Position numbers and translations under genes: made by a program
Notes under the pieces: model-generated
Databases searched by the model: none
Seen by the model: only the letters and a program-made list of their open reading frames with translations
What the model was told of the DNA's origin: nothing
Shown here: piece by piece, positions 9,645 through 20,183 of the stretch
Layout of the letters: each line of letters begins with the position of its first letter
How positions within the stretch are numbered: the stretch's first letter is position 1
DNA from: Octopus bimaculoides
Lineage: Eukaryota
Assembly (NCBI RefSeq): GCF_001194135.2
Contig: NC_068983.1
Coordinates: 39,914,563 to 39,946,860, forward strand
Length of the DNA: 32,298 nucleotides
Direction of reading: 5' to 3'

Positions 9645-11830
9645 CTCCTAAGGATGAAACTCAAAATAAGATTGCAATAGCAATTAAAAGTGTAAAGCTG
9701 TCCGTCACAAACATAATGAAGAAATTCACAATCATCAATATCACCAGGTTAGACGAAATAATATGTATTAATAATAATAAGTGCTCAGTCGGACGATTCT
9801 GATAGGAATATCAAAACCCCCTTTAACATGCGAAACAAATACGAATAAAACGAATATAGAAAATATATTTCTATCGATAATGACTGCAATGCCGAAGCAA
9901 CGTAGCTGTAAATAAAGGGAGATGCAAATACTACAGGCATATCACAAAAATAATTCTGAAAGGATCAGGAAATCAGGAGAAATCTCAAAAATTCTTAGGA
10001 CATCTAAACTATTAGATTTCGGCCGATTTTAGAAGAACCAGGTAAACTAAATCAAAAGTTGATGAAGAACCAACAGCGACAGATGACAGAGTCTGAGGAA
10101 AAGTACTTGCAACAACATGTCCTCCAGCCAGGAGAGTCAAACTTGTTCCAAGCTACAAACGGAATGCATGCACAATTGTAAAAGGCCGAAACAACTTAAG
10201 ATGTAAAGACAGTCCAGACACCAGAGAAAACAAACAGCTAGAAGTCACACTGAAATAATAAAAGCCCAAAGATTTCATTGAAATATCAAAGAATGAACAG
10301 GAATATTTAATAACACCTAACTGGATCACTCAAAAAGTTAAAGAAACAGAATTCATTGAAAATTACTAATCCATAATATATCTTCCTGTGGCGTAGTATA
10401 ATAATAGTGCAGCTGATAAGCAAGTGAGAAAATAAGTTTTGAAAACAGAAGAAATAGTAAATATTATTGAGGGACCGCAATTAGAGATAGACAATACCAT
10501 AACGGAAAACTGTTAAAGGAGAAGAATCAGAGCATGACATCGCTTGACTACAAGGTTTCCCTTTCGTGGATCCTCGAAACATCAATCATTTAAAATGTAG
10601 CAATAATAGAAGGCATTTAAAATTCACTAAATGTCAATGACATACAATTCTGCAAGTACTGATAAAAATGGAGATTATGAAATAAAATCAATCCACTTTT
10701 CTAAGAAGACGAACATTCCGCAATGGCTCCTCATCTCTGTTGTTTTTCTGCCTGTTGCTAACACCTTCAATCAAAACGTCCTACCAGACTGAATTCGGAT
10801 ACAATGCTACCGTGGAGCAATCAACCGTTATTAGTGTTTCGATGACCTCAAGTTCTATGTTGTACATGATAACTCAAAACACTGCTACAGATAATTTATA
10901 GATTCACCATAAGTACTGATATGAGGATCTGGTCAGAAATATATGCCAAGACAATCTTGAAGGTATCAATGAAAAGCCGGAGTACAGCACACAATTGAAA
11001 GAAAGAAGTTTAGTAAAAATAATGATACAATCGCATTGGATTAATACTTAAATCGTTCGTTAATGGAAAATAATAAAGCAGCGTCTCTCCTAGTTATCAG
11101 ATATAATTTAGGAAATCAATATAAATATAAAACAGAAAGTAAAGTAACAGACAATTGTGAGAACAAAGGCGGAGGAACGAGATTTGTGCGAAATTAATAT
11201 GGCGGATGAAAGCAACATAATGCCATGCTAGGACGAAACCTCTAGACAATTTATACATGAAAAGAACTGAATAGAAGCTAAAGCGATGCAAAAAAAAATA
11301 TCCAGCAACTGTTGAGAAGAACCAAACATATGAGACCAAAGTATTTAGAAAAGATTCAAGTTTGGAAAAATCAACAACAAAAAACAAGTGTTTATAATGC
11401 ATCATTCTGTCAAGTCTTAGATAAGATAGAATGTATCCACAATTTAGGAAGAGGTGAGACTTTCTCACACACTGGAAATTATTCTGTTACTTTGAAATAG
11501 CAACAGAAAAGAAGCGATACAATCTTATATCAGATAAATGGCCAGAGAACAAAGAGACCATGTCAGTATATACAGAAGGGGTTATCAAAGCGATTAGACT
11601 AGATATTGTTATCCAAGGCTTAAAAGATCGAATTATCTATCCAAGAGAATATTTCCTGGTCGAATTATAGGTTGCAACAGATGATAAATAATCTCTATGA
11701 GGAATAGGGAAATTATTGAAATCTGGAAATAGAGATAACCATAATGCGGAGTAGGGAAATAGAAATAATGCCTAATCCCTATAATATGAGATGTCCTGAC
11801 AAAAACTTTAGATGTAGATAATTACCTCAC
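9645..11830 (+). mobile_element. Decayed non-LTR retrotransposon (RT pseudo-ORF), most like the R4/Dong clade
   Basis: Collinear RT-like motifs by manual translation: SMTSLDYKVSLSWILET (10531), LRRRTFRNGSSSLLFFCLLLTP (10701, ~IRRGIFQGDSLSPLLFCL), INRY*CFDDLKFY (DD at 10841), LKTLLQIIYRF...DMRIWSEIYAK, DNLYMKRTE (11245), frameshifted H-G-Q-Y (11559), QGLK, and RCPDKNFRCR near 11790-11817. Many stops and frameshifts. Confidence 0.8.
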
Positions 11831-11850
11831 AATATGTGTATGTGTGTGCG

Positions 11851-11978
11851 CACTTGGCTGAGCACTCCACAGACATGTATACCCTTAACGTAGTTCTAAG
11901 GAGATTCAACATGAAACGCAATGTAACGGAACTGGCCTTTTGAAACTCATGTATTCCTCACTTTTGCCAGTTGAATGA
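11851..11978 (-). mobile_element. Fragment of family D-type SINE body with T1 tail
   Basis: Reverse complement matches 550-640 (AAAGG.CCAG, GTTGAATCT, TGTGGAGTGCTCAGCCA) and TTTTGCCAG.TG..TGAA of 30425-30445. Confidence 0.75.
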
Positions 11979-12111
11979 AATCGACCCCAGGATTTATTCT
12001 TTGTAAGCCTAATACTTATTCTATTGTTCTATTTCGCCGAACCGCTATGCTACAGGGACGTAAACATACCAACATCGTTTGTCCAGATACTAGGGGACAA
12101 ACATGGACACA

Positions 12112-12147
<36 letters not shown>

Positions 12148-12228
12148 ACACACACATATACGACGGGCTTGCTTCCCAANNNNNNNNNNCACACACACAC
12201 ACACCACACACACATATACGACGGGCTT
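11978..12228 (-). mobile_element. Family A SINE, 3' half only (microsatellite plus tail region)
   Basis: ATCGACCCCAGGATTTATTCTTTGTAAGCCTAATACTTATTCT...GCCGAACCGCTA...(CA)n TATACGACGGGCTT. Contains a 10-N gap with duplicated flanks. Confidence 0.85.
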
Positions 12229-12584
12229 GCTTCCCAACCACATGGTTTCGGGTTCAGTCCTACTGCGTGGCACCTTGAGCAAGTGTCTTCTGCTATAGCT
12301 TCAGATCGACCGAAGCCTTGTAAATAAATTTGGTAGACAGAAATTGGAATAAGCCCGTCGTTTGTATAAATATATATGTATGTGTGTCTGTTTTTGTCCC
12401 ACACCACCGCTTGAAGACAGGTGTTGGTGTATTTACGCCCTCGTGACCGAGCGGTTCGGTAAAGATGACCGTTAGCATAAGTACCAGGCTTTATAAAATA
12501 AAAGAAAATTAGTCTAAAACTTCTTCAAGACGGGACCCCAGCATGGCCACAGTCTGCTGATTGAAGCAAGTAAACGAAAAAAGA
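12225..12584 (+). mobile_element. Family A SINE, slightly 5'-truncated
   Basis: GCTTGCTTCCCAACCACATGGTTTCGGGTTCAGTCC...CACCTTGAGCAAGTGTCTTC...CCCAGCATGGCCACAGTC..GATTGAAGCAAGTAAA. Confidence 0.88.
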
Positions 12585-12639
12585 TGTGTAGTGGTATAGG
12601 TGATAGTATCTACTGATCCTTAGATGACCTGGAAAATAC

Positions 12640-12852
12640 CCTTTTTACTATAGGCACAAGGCCTGAAATTTGGGAGAGGGGCATAGTTGATTACATCTAC
12701 CCCATTACTCGAGTGGTACTTATTCTATCAATTCCGAAAGGATGAAAAGCAAAGTCGACCTCGGCGGCATTTGAACTCAGAACATGAAGACAGGCGAAAT
12801 GTTGCTAAGCATTTCGCTCGGTGTGCTAACGATTCTGCCAACTCGCCGCCTG
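12640..12852 (-). mobile_element. Family B SINE, full length
   Basis: Collinear with 6769-6997, including tail AAATTTCAGGCCTTGTGCCTATAGTAAAAAG. Confidence 0.88.
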
Positions 12853-13121
12853 ATGCATTGTAGAATATGGCACCAATTCTTTTGGGTTCGATTTGGGATT
12901 TCATTCCAACCAAAGAAATACAGTAAGAAACGTTAATACATCGGTTAAATTGTAGATGTAGCATTTGGAATATTTTAGGCTCCGATGAGACTATAAGGTT
13001 TTATTCGCACACTCAACTATGAGCCCTCTGCATCCTATAGCGGAAACAGCAGTAAGCTAATGAAGTTCATAAGATAATCGTTTATTCCTTTGTCATTTCT
13101 CTATCGTGTTATTTATTTACA

Positions 13122-13200
13122 TACATGTCGTCACCGACTTACGACCACAATTGGTTCCAACTGACTGATCATAAGTCGATTTGGTCGTAAGTCGGCCTAT
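13122..13200 (+). mobile_element. Tigger/pogo-like (Tc1-mariner) MITE end fragment
   Basis: TA followed by CATGTCGTCACCGACTTACGACCACAATTGG, which resembles recalled Tigger-type termini CAGGTAGTCC..GACTTACGACC. Perfect 14-bp inverted repeat 13134-13147 / 13182-13195, with a third degenerate copy at 13166-13179. The right TIR was not found. Confidence 0.55.
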
Positions 13201-13835
13201 AAGCCTACATAGCTTTGTTTTACATTTTTACATCCTTAAGGTACATTCTCAGGTGTAAGTCACACACAGCATTCTGTATTATGCTATTATACTGGAGTTA
13301 GTCGAAAATTTCGGAGTCCCAAGCAGTCGTCTTATAAACAAATACGAGGTTGCCTCGATGTCTCCGTGACAGGATATTCATCCAACACTTGGAATAATCA
13401 CAGTGGCGATCGATAACCAAACCGTCATCATAATCATCATATCATGATCATCATCATCATCACCATTGGTGTCATAATTATCATCACTGCCATCATCGTC
13501 ATCATCGTCGTCATAATCTGGTGGTGGTGATGGTGTTTATATGAGCACACATTGTTGGTTAGGAATAATTTATCGCGAGTCTTTTTTTTTCAAAATCGAT
13601 CGAACATTATCATAATTTCCTGCTTTTAGAGAATACATCAACCTTACCAAAGAAATAGAATCTCATCTCAATGACACAAGAACTTTGGGTTATTTTCGGA
13701 TTATTCTATAATTATTCTATGTATTTGTGTCTCTGTGATGGTGACGAGAGCAGCTTAAATTTCAGGATTTTCATCACACGTCTCTTTCTCACTGACTGTT
13801 ACTGTTGATCTGTTTCTCTCAATTTCTCACTCATT

Positions 13836-13895
<60 letters not shown>

Positions 13896-14752
13896 NNNNN
13901 NNNNNNNNNNNNNNNNNNNNNNNNNNNNNNNNNNNNNNNNNNNNNNNNNNNNNNNNNNNNNNNNNNNNNNNNNNNNNNNNNNNNNNNNNNNNNNNNNNNN
14001 NNNNNNNNNNNNNNNNNNNNNNNNNNNNNNNNNNNNNNNNNNNNNNNNNNNNNNNNNNNNNNNNNNNNNNNNNNNNNNNNNNNNNNNNNNNNNNNNNNNN
14101 NNNNNNNNNNNNNNNNNNNNNNNNNNNNNNNNNNNNNNNNNNNNNNNNNNNNNNNNNNNNNNNNNNNNNNNNNNNNNNNNNNNNNNNNNNNNNNNNNNNN
14201 NNNNNNNNNNNNNNNNNNNNNNNNNNNNNNNNNNNNNNNNNNNNNNNNNNNNNNNNNNNNNNNNNNNNNNNNNNNNNNNNNNNNNNNNNNNNNNNNNNNN
14301 NNNNNNNNNNNNNNNNNNNNNNNNNNNNNNNNNNNNNNNNNNNNNNNNNNNNNNNNNNNNNNNNNNNNNNNNNNNNNNNNNNNNNNNNNNNNNNNNNNNN
14401 NNNNNNNNNNNNNNNNNNNNNNNNNNNNNNNNNNNNNNNNNNNNNNNNNNNNNNNNNNNNNNNNNNNNNNNNNNNNNNNNNNNNNNNNNNNNNNNNNNNN
14501 NNNNNNNNNNNNNNNNNNNNNNNNNNNNNNNNNNNNNNNNNNNNNNNNNNNNNNNNNNNNNNNNNNNNNNNNNNNNNNNNNNNNNNNNNNNNNNNNNNNN
14601 NNNNNNNNNNNNNNNNNNNNNNNNNNNNNNNNNNNNNNNNNNNNNNNNNNNNNNNNNNNNNNNNNNNNNNNNNNNNNNNNNNNNNNNNNNNNNNNNNNNN
14701 NNNNNNNNNNNNNNNNNNNNNNNNNNNNNNNNNTATATATATATATATGTAC

Positions 14753-14806
<54 letters not shown>

Positions 14807-14836
14807 ATATATATGTGAATATACATATGTATATAT
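13836..14836. repeat. (CT)n and (TA)n microsatellites flanking N-gap 13896-14733
   Basis: Direct reading. Confidence 0.95.
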
Positions 14837-15112
14837 ATTTAGCCTTTTTCAAACTTATACTCCATCTAATGATTGATTTGTCATATAAGGTGAGATATGA
14901 ATAGTGTGACTAAGAGAGCGTGTATGGTTCTAAGTGCACCGGTGATAAATGGAGCCCAACTCGGTCAGAGTCGTGCTAATTCGGTTGTCAGACTTTTTAT
15001 AACCCTCAACCTATTTCAAAACAGTGAGGTCAAATACATATATATATTTCTATATAGATATAATTAATTCATATGCTCTATGAGCCGTCACATCATTTTT
15101 CTCATATATACT

Positions 15113-15231
15113 TTATGTATGTATGTATGTATGTATGTATGTATGTATGTATTTATGTATGTATGTATGTGTATGTATGTATATATACATACATATACAG
15201 GTATATGTATGCATTTATAAATGTGTGTACG

Positions 15232-15290
<59 letters not shown>

Positions 15291-15340
15291 TCATCTGTCT
15301 GTCTATCTATCTATCCATCTATATATATATATATATATAT
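15113..15340. repeat. (TATG)n / (TATC)n / (TA)n compound microsatellite
   Basis: Direct reading. Confidence 0.95.
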
Positions 15341-16149
15341 CTAACCTTCTTGAAAAGAACAGAAAAACTTTAGAAAACCCTGGAAATACAAGACCTACTT
15401 CTGAGAATAAAATGTCACAAGCGAAACATTTCTTTTTCGTTTCGGAAAACGAAGAAAAAAATTCCCTACATCAGCTAAGGAATACAGGCCATGAAAAGGT
15501 AGAAACTGACCTACTAAAGAAGCTAAAAGGAGTGTGTTTCAGAATGGAAAGGAACAGCTTTGAAATTTGTAAATCCAAAAGCAGAATCTATTTAATTAAG
15601 TCTTTGGTACATTTACTCATTTGTGATAAAAACAAAACTGTAAAACGTAAGTAAATTTCAAAGTTAAAATTAGGGAAGTGTGAGAGTCTCCCTACACCGC
15701 TGAATCGATTGTCTTATCAATACATATTGCTTGAAATAAGTTTTCCGAAGGTGAAACTCAACAGTAATTATTTCCATTTAATTGCTTATAGTGAGTCTGT
15801 ATTTATACTAAGTACCACATTAAAAGGTTATAAGTCAATACCGAGTCCTATGCGTTGTTTTCGGTTTTGAGTGTATCTCTACAGATTTTCAATAGAGTTT
15901 AGAGCCACCACTGAAAGTTATGATGTTTCATATACGAATACGTCTTTACAAACAATGCGATCAAAGATAGAAAGAACAGGTAATGTTAATAAAATAGTTC
16001 ATCAGTGTGAAATCTTGTTTGCATATTTTTCCATCAAGTTCTCTATCTTCAAGTGAATTGTATACATGGATGTATTCGTAGACGAAACAGCGTAACTTTC
16101 AGTGTTGGTTCTGAAATCTATACTATTTCAGGTGACTATATTGTAATGA

Positions 16150-16480
16150 GTGGAGACGCAATGGCCCAGTGATTAGGGCAGCGGACTCGCGGTCGAAGGA
16201 TCGTGGTTTCGATTCCCAGACCGGGCGATGTGTGTGTTTATTGAGCGAAAACACTTAAAGCTCCACAAGGCTCCGGCAGTGGGGTGGTAGCGACCCCTGT
16301 TGTACTCTTTCGCCCCAACTTTCTCTCTCTTTTTTTCCCTGTTTCTTGAGTAAAGCTGCGATGGACCGGCGTCCCGTCCAGATGCGGGGGCGAGGGAATA
16401 CATACGCCATAGAAACCGGGAAACCGAGTCCATAAGCCTGGCTAGGCTTTAAAAAGGGCGCATAAATAAATAAATAAATA
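16150..16480 (+). mobile_element. Family C SINE with a different tail (T2, Meta/V-SINE-like segment) and (TAAA)n end
   Basis: Head and core match 338-535. They are followed by CTGCGATGGACCGGCGTCCCGTCCAG...CATAGAAACCGGGAAAC, which resembles the recalled Meta/V-SINE conserved segment, and end in GCATAAATAAATAAATAAATA. Confidence 0.85.
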
Positions 16481-16484
16481 ATGT

Positions 16485-16712
16485 TGTAATGGGAAGACAT
16501 CGACAGCCTGTATTCTCATAGCCTTTGTTTGACCACTGGCTCGTCCAGGACGGGGAGAGTAACATACAAATATACTTGGAAGGTACACATTTTCAGTTAA
16601 GTAGAACAATATGACATGAAGTGCCTAGCTCAAGGATGCAACGCACAGCACAATAAAGGGATTGAATTCCATCACTATGATCACGAACCGAACACCTATC
16701 CCCCTTCGTCAC
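16485..16712 (-). mobile_element. Old family D-like SINE
   Basis: Minus strand GGTGTTCGGTTCGTGATCATAGTGATGGAATTCAATCCC...GTTGCATCCTTGAGCTAGGCACTT: a degenerate tRNA head plus a CORE-like CCTTGAGC.AG.CACTT. Confidence 0.55.
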
Positions 16713-16729
16713 GCACATTTACGATGATC

Positions 16730-16980
16730 CTAGATGAGAATCAGTTATTTGGTTGTCTGTCAGCACTTTCTTCTCAAACCGACGAGGAACTCCCAATATG
16801 GTCAAGAATAGCAAACAATGAGCCCCGAAATTGCGTGTCATCTTAAAATGTTTTGGATATTGTAGACTCAGATATGTGACTGGAAATGGAAGACTGTATT
16901 ATTACGGCTTGAAGGTCATTGATGATATATCTGCCGGATAAGGGGCTAAGCAATGGCAACAACAATAACAACAACAACAC
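16730..16980 (+). mobile_element. Family E repeat copy ending in (AAC)n
   Basis: GGCTTGAAGGTCATTGATGATATATCTGC...GGGGCTAAGCAA..CAACAAC parallels 3058-3115 and 25108-25172. Confidence 0.55.
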
Positions 16981-17431
16981 CTCCATCTTATTTCTATATT
17001 TCAAGTGGGTTATAGTAAATATAATACTTCATTCTTTATATATTCCGGAGACTATTTAATATTTAAAAGTCTTACATCTTTTTTTCATCTCAAATATATT
17101 TATGTATTCAATTCGAAAAATACGTTCTCAGTAAACGGCAAAAAAAAAAATAGTATAAAATAAAATAAAATAAAATAAAATAAATGAAAAAGAAGAAACG
17201 GAAAAAAAAAAACAGGAAAAATGTGCTCTCTCCCGCTAATTTATTTCTTATATTAGAATTTTCTTTTACCAAATTCACAGTTGAAGCATTCCTTGTCGAA
17301 GAAAGTTCCTTTGGCAAATATTCTCTCGTCTGGTAAACATATTTTTCAAATATTCATACATAATATATCGATTTATTTCGACTCGGCTTACGGGCAATAT
17401 ATCATATATCGTATCGTATCATATCATATCA

Positions 17432-17484
<53 letters not shown>

Positions 17485-17804
17485 CATTTGCACATATACA
17501 TATATAAACAAATATATATTTATACATACACGTGTATGTGTGTATATGTGTATGTGTATATGTGCTGTGCTGGCAGGATAGAAGTAAATCTACTGAAACT
17601 CGCCCATGCGTATATATTTGTGGTATTTATTTTCATTTATTTTCATGGGTACAGAAGATTAAATCTGAGTCCGGTGATATTTAAAGTTGAAAAGAAGAAG
17701 AATGAATGCAAACTCTATGTTACTTAGATGGTCAAAAAGGTATTGCATATCCACAATTAATTCGTTTATGATATTCCGCTCTCTTTATTCTCTATTCTGC
17801 GAAG

Positions 17805-17965
17805 AATCGAAGACGAGAAAAGAATGAGTAGTGGACAGAAAAAAGATGGACAGACACCGTCAAAGAATGAGCTGAAAGGAGAAGTCTTGTTAACGAACAC
17901 GTGATCTTCGGCTCAAAACCGCGACAGATGTAGGAAACTGGCGTGAAATTTGTCACGAGGTTGAG
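17805..17965 (+). mobile_element. RTE-clade LINE, C-terminal coding fragment
   Basis: Manual translation EKRWTDTVKE*A...(shift) SAQNRDRCRKL matches the RTE C-terminal pattern RWxDxVKEW...AxDRxxWRxL. Confidence 0.6.
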
Positions 17966-18114
17966 GGCTCAAAATGAAACGATATTGGATAAGGTAGTTT
18001 CTAATTTAAAAAGAAAGTGTTGCCACGTGTAGTCAAACAAGTCTACTTGTTGAGGGATAACATGCCTCGAAACACCAATACAAATATAACAACGAAGTTT
18101 TGTTCTATCCAATG

Positions 18115-18190
18115 AGGGAAGATTGCTACACAACGCTCGACCCGCTAAAATTAGCAGTAAAATACTCTCGCATGATACACTATTATCATA
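18115..18190 (+). mobile_element. Family E fragment
   Basis: GACCCGCTAAAATTAGCAGTAAAATACTCTCGCATGATACAC is similar to 2920-2970 and 24995-25035. Confidence 0.45.
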
Positions 18191-18202
18191 AATTAGAAAA
18201 GT

Positions 18203-18640
18203 AGCATATGTGTGGCTGTGTGGTAAGTAGCTTGTTTACCAACCACATGGTTCCGGGTTCAGTCCCACTGCGTGGCACCTTTGGCAAGTGTCTTCTACTA
18301 GAGTCTCGGGCCGACAAAGNNNNNNNNNNGCAAGTGTCTTCTACTAGAGTCTCGGGCCGACAAAGCCTTGTGAGTGGATTTGGTAGACAGAAACTGAAAG
18401 AAGCCCGTCGTATATATGTATGTGTGTTGTGTGTCTGTTTGTCCCCCCTACCATCACTTGACAACCGATGCTGGTGTGTTTACGTCCCCGTAACTTAGCG
18501 GTTCGGCAAAAAGAGTCCGATACGATAAGTACTAGGCTTACAAAGAATAAGTCCTGGGGTCGATTTGCTCGACTAAAGGCAGTGCTCTAGCATGGCCGCA
18601 GTCAAATGACTGAAACAAGTAAAAGAGTAAAAGAGAGTAA
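18203..18640 (+). mobile_element. Family A SINE, full length, least decayed copy
   Basis: Complete head, core, short microsatellite and tail ending GCAGTCAAATGACTGAAACAAGTAAAAGAGTAAAAGAG. The 10-N gap 18320-18329 has a duplicated 35-bp flank. Confidence 0.92.
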
Positions 18641-18834
18641 AAGGAGTATGTGCGTGTATGTAACAAGATACAAACATATCCACAACATATGTGATATGAA
18701 TGTCTGTTTGTAGAGGCGATCCATGCATGGAAAATATATGTTCAAGTGGTACATGGAAAATAAGCTTGTACAAGAAAGAAAACTGTATAAACACTCGGAC
18801 ATATAAAGTAATTCAATGAAATGTTGGTTTCAAA

Positions 18835-18965
18835 TTTTAGCACAAAGCCAGAAATTTCGGGGAAGGGAATAAATCGGTTACATCGACCCCAGTACTCAAC
18901 TGGTACTATTTTATCGACCAGCGGAATTTGAACTCAGAACGTTAAGCCGGAAAAAATGCCGCTAT
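18835..18965 (-). mobile_element. Family B SINE, internally deleted
   Basis: TTTATCGACC joins directly to GCGGAATTTGAACTC, so the segment CCGAAAGGATGAAAGGCAAAGTCGACCTCG is missing. Confidence 0.8.
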
Positions 18966-19039
18966 GGTAAATGGTCGAAACTGTTTCAACTCAAATACAT
19001 TCTCTGCGCATGTGAGACTTTTACATTGAGTATTCCATT

Positions 19040-19475
19040 GTCAGAAATTCCATTAACCCGTCCATATTTCCCCACCTGCCCCCACTTATTTTTAGGAGAA
19101 TCGTTGGGGTAGATTCCTCAGGCACATTCTTCGATGGGTCCTATCAGAAGTAGCCGCTATTATATTTTCCTGTTGGATTCCTAAGCATGACAAACGGAGG
19201 CTATGGATATAATCCGACCATTTCGCTCTTGTGCTACTCCTTGGTCTCCCGCCGTTTGGCAAGATTTGAAGAATCTGTCTTGAGATTCTTTTCTATGGCA
19301 TTCTATCCATTTCTCCATAGTGCCGGGGCTGTGACTTCTTACTGAGGAAATGTTGAGAGCCAACTTGGTGAGTCTCCCTGGTTTCTGAGTTATGTCCCCT
19401 GTCGAGAATCTTAATTCCAGTGATCTTCAGAGGATCCTCATTTCTGACGCTTCCATTTGCGATCGTACTCCTTCG
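19040..19475 (-). mobile_element. RTE-clade LINE 3' end (Rex3/Expander-like), decayed
   Basis: Minus-strand translation QMEASEMRIL*/ITGIKILDR...SQPRHYGEMDRMP*KR...GRPRSSTRAKWSDYIHSL..LGIQQE...LRNLPQRFS* (stop 19092-19094). This parallels EMRFLRRVAG...QLRWLGHLxRMP...GRPRTRWRDY. It is followed by a GAAATATGGACGGG tail-like end. Confidence 0.8.
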
Positions 19476-20183
19476 GAAAATTGGTTGAAATTAACTATCA
19501 AATTTGAATTTAAAGTCTAAATACACAAAAGGAGCTACTATATCGATTGTAAATCCACTTCACAAAAATAATGCTACAGTAAATTTATCAGAATACTATA
19601 TGGAGGTGAAAAGTCTGGTACAGAGAGATATTATAAAAATATTTATGTGCGGAACGACATTATAAAAATATTTACGTCTGCTCTACAGGATAAGAAAATG
19701 ATGAAATATTAAAGTGTAAACATATATTCTTATATTACATTGAAATGAAAATATTTATTTTTCAAGGTTGAAAGTGTATTTCTAGAGAACACTATGATTG
19801 TGTGTGAGCGTCATTATCTTTAGATGAGGCTAAAAGATTATATTCTAATGGACTATAAATAGTTCATTAGTGGTTTTATACTTATATTATTGCGACACCC
19901 TTCCCAGATGCAGGTTTACAGACGAAATAAATATATTACCGTCTCTTATATCCTAAAGTCTAAAAACACACACAAAGTACACACAAAGTTTAATTCAGAC
20001 TTTAATTTTTTTATTTTTGTCTCGTCAGTCTTTTACTACCCAAGGTTTCGCTTGCTAACGCAGAGACATTCAAGCAAGTTGTAACTTGCCTGAATACTCC
20101 ATGTCAATCCCGAGCAAACGCAGGCAAAATTACATATTTTTCTTTATTTTAGTAATTACAATAAGGGAAAATATCTAATGACC

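Noticed and set aside
11097-11500. ORFs 11097-11468 (-) and 11312-11500 (+) as host genes
   Set aside because: They lie inside the decayed R4-like retrotransposon and are residual or antisense frames.
12135-12235. Short direct duplications around 10-N gaps (12180, 18320, 28961)
   Set aside because: Identical flanks on both sides of a minimal fixed-size gap indicate unmerged contig overlaps, not biology.
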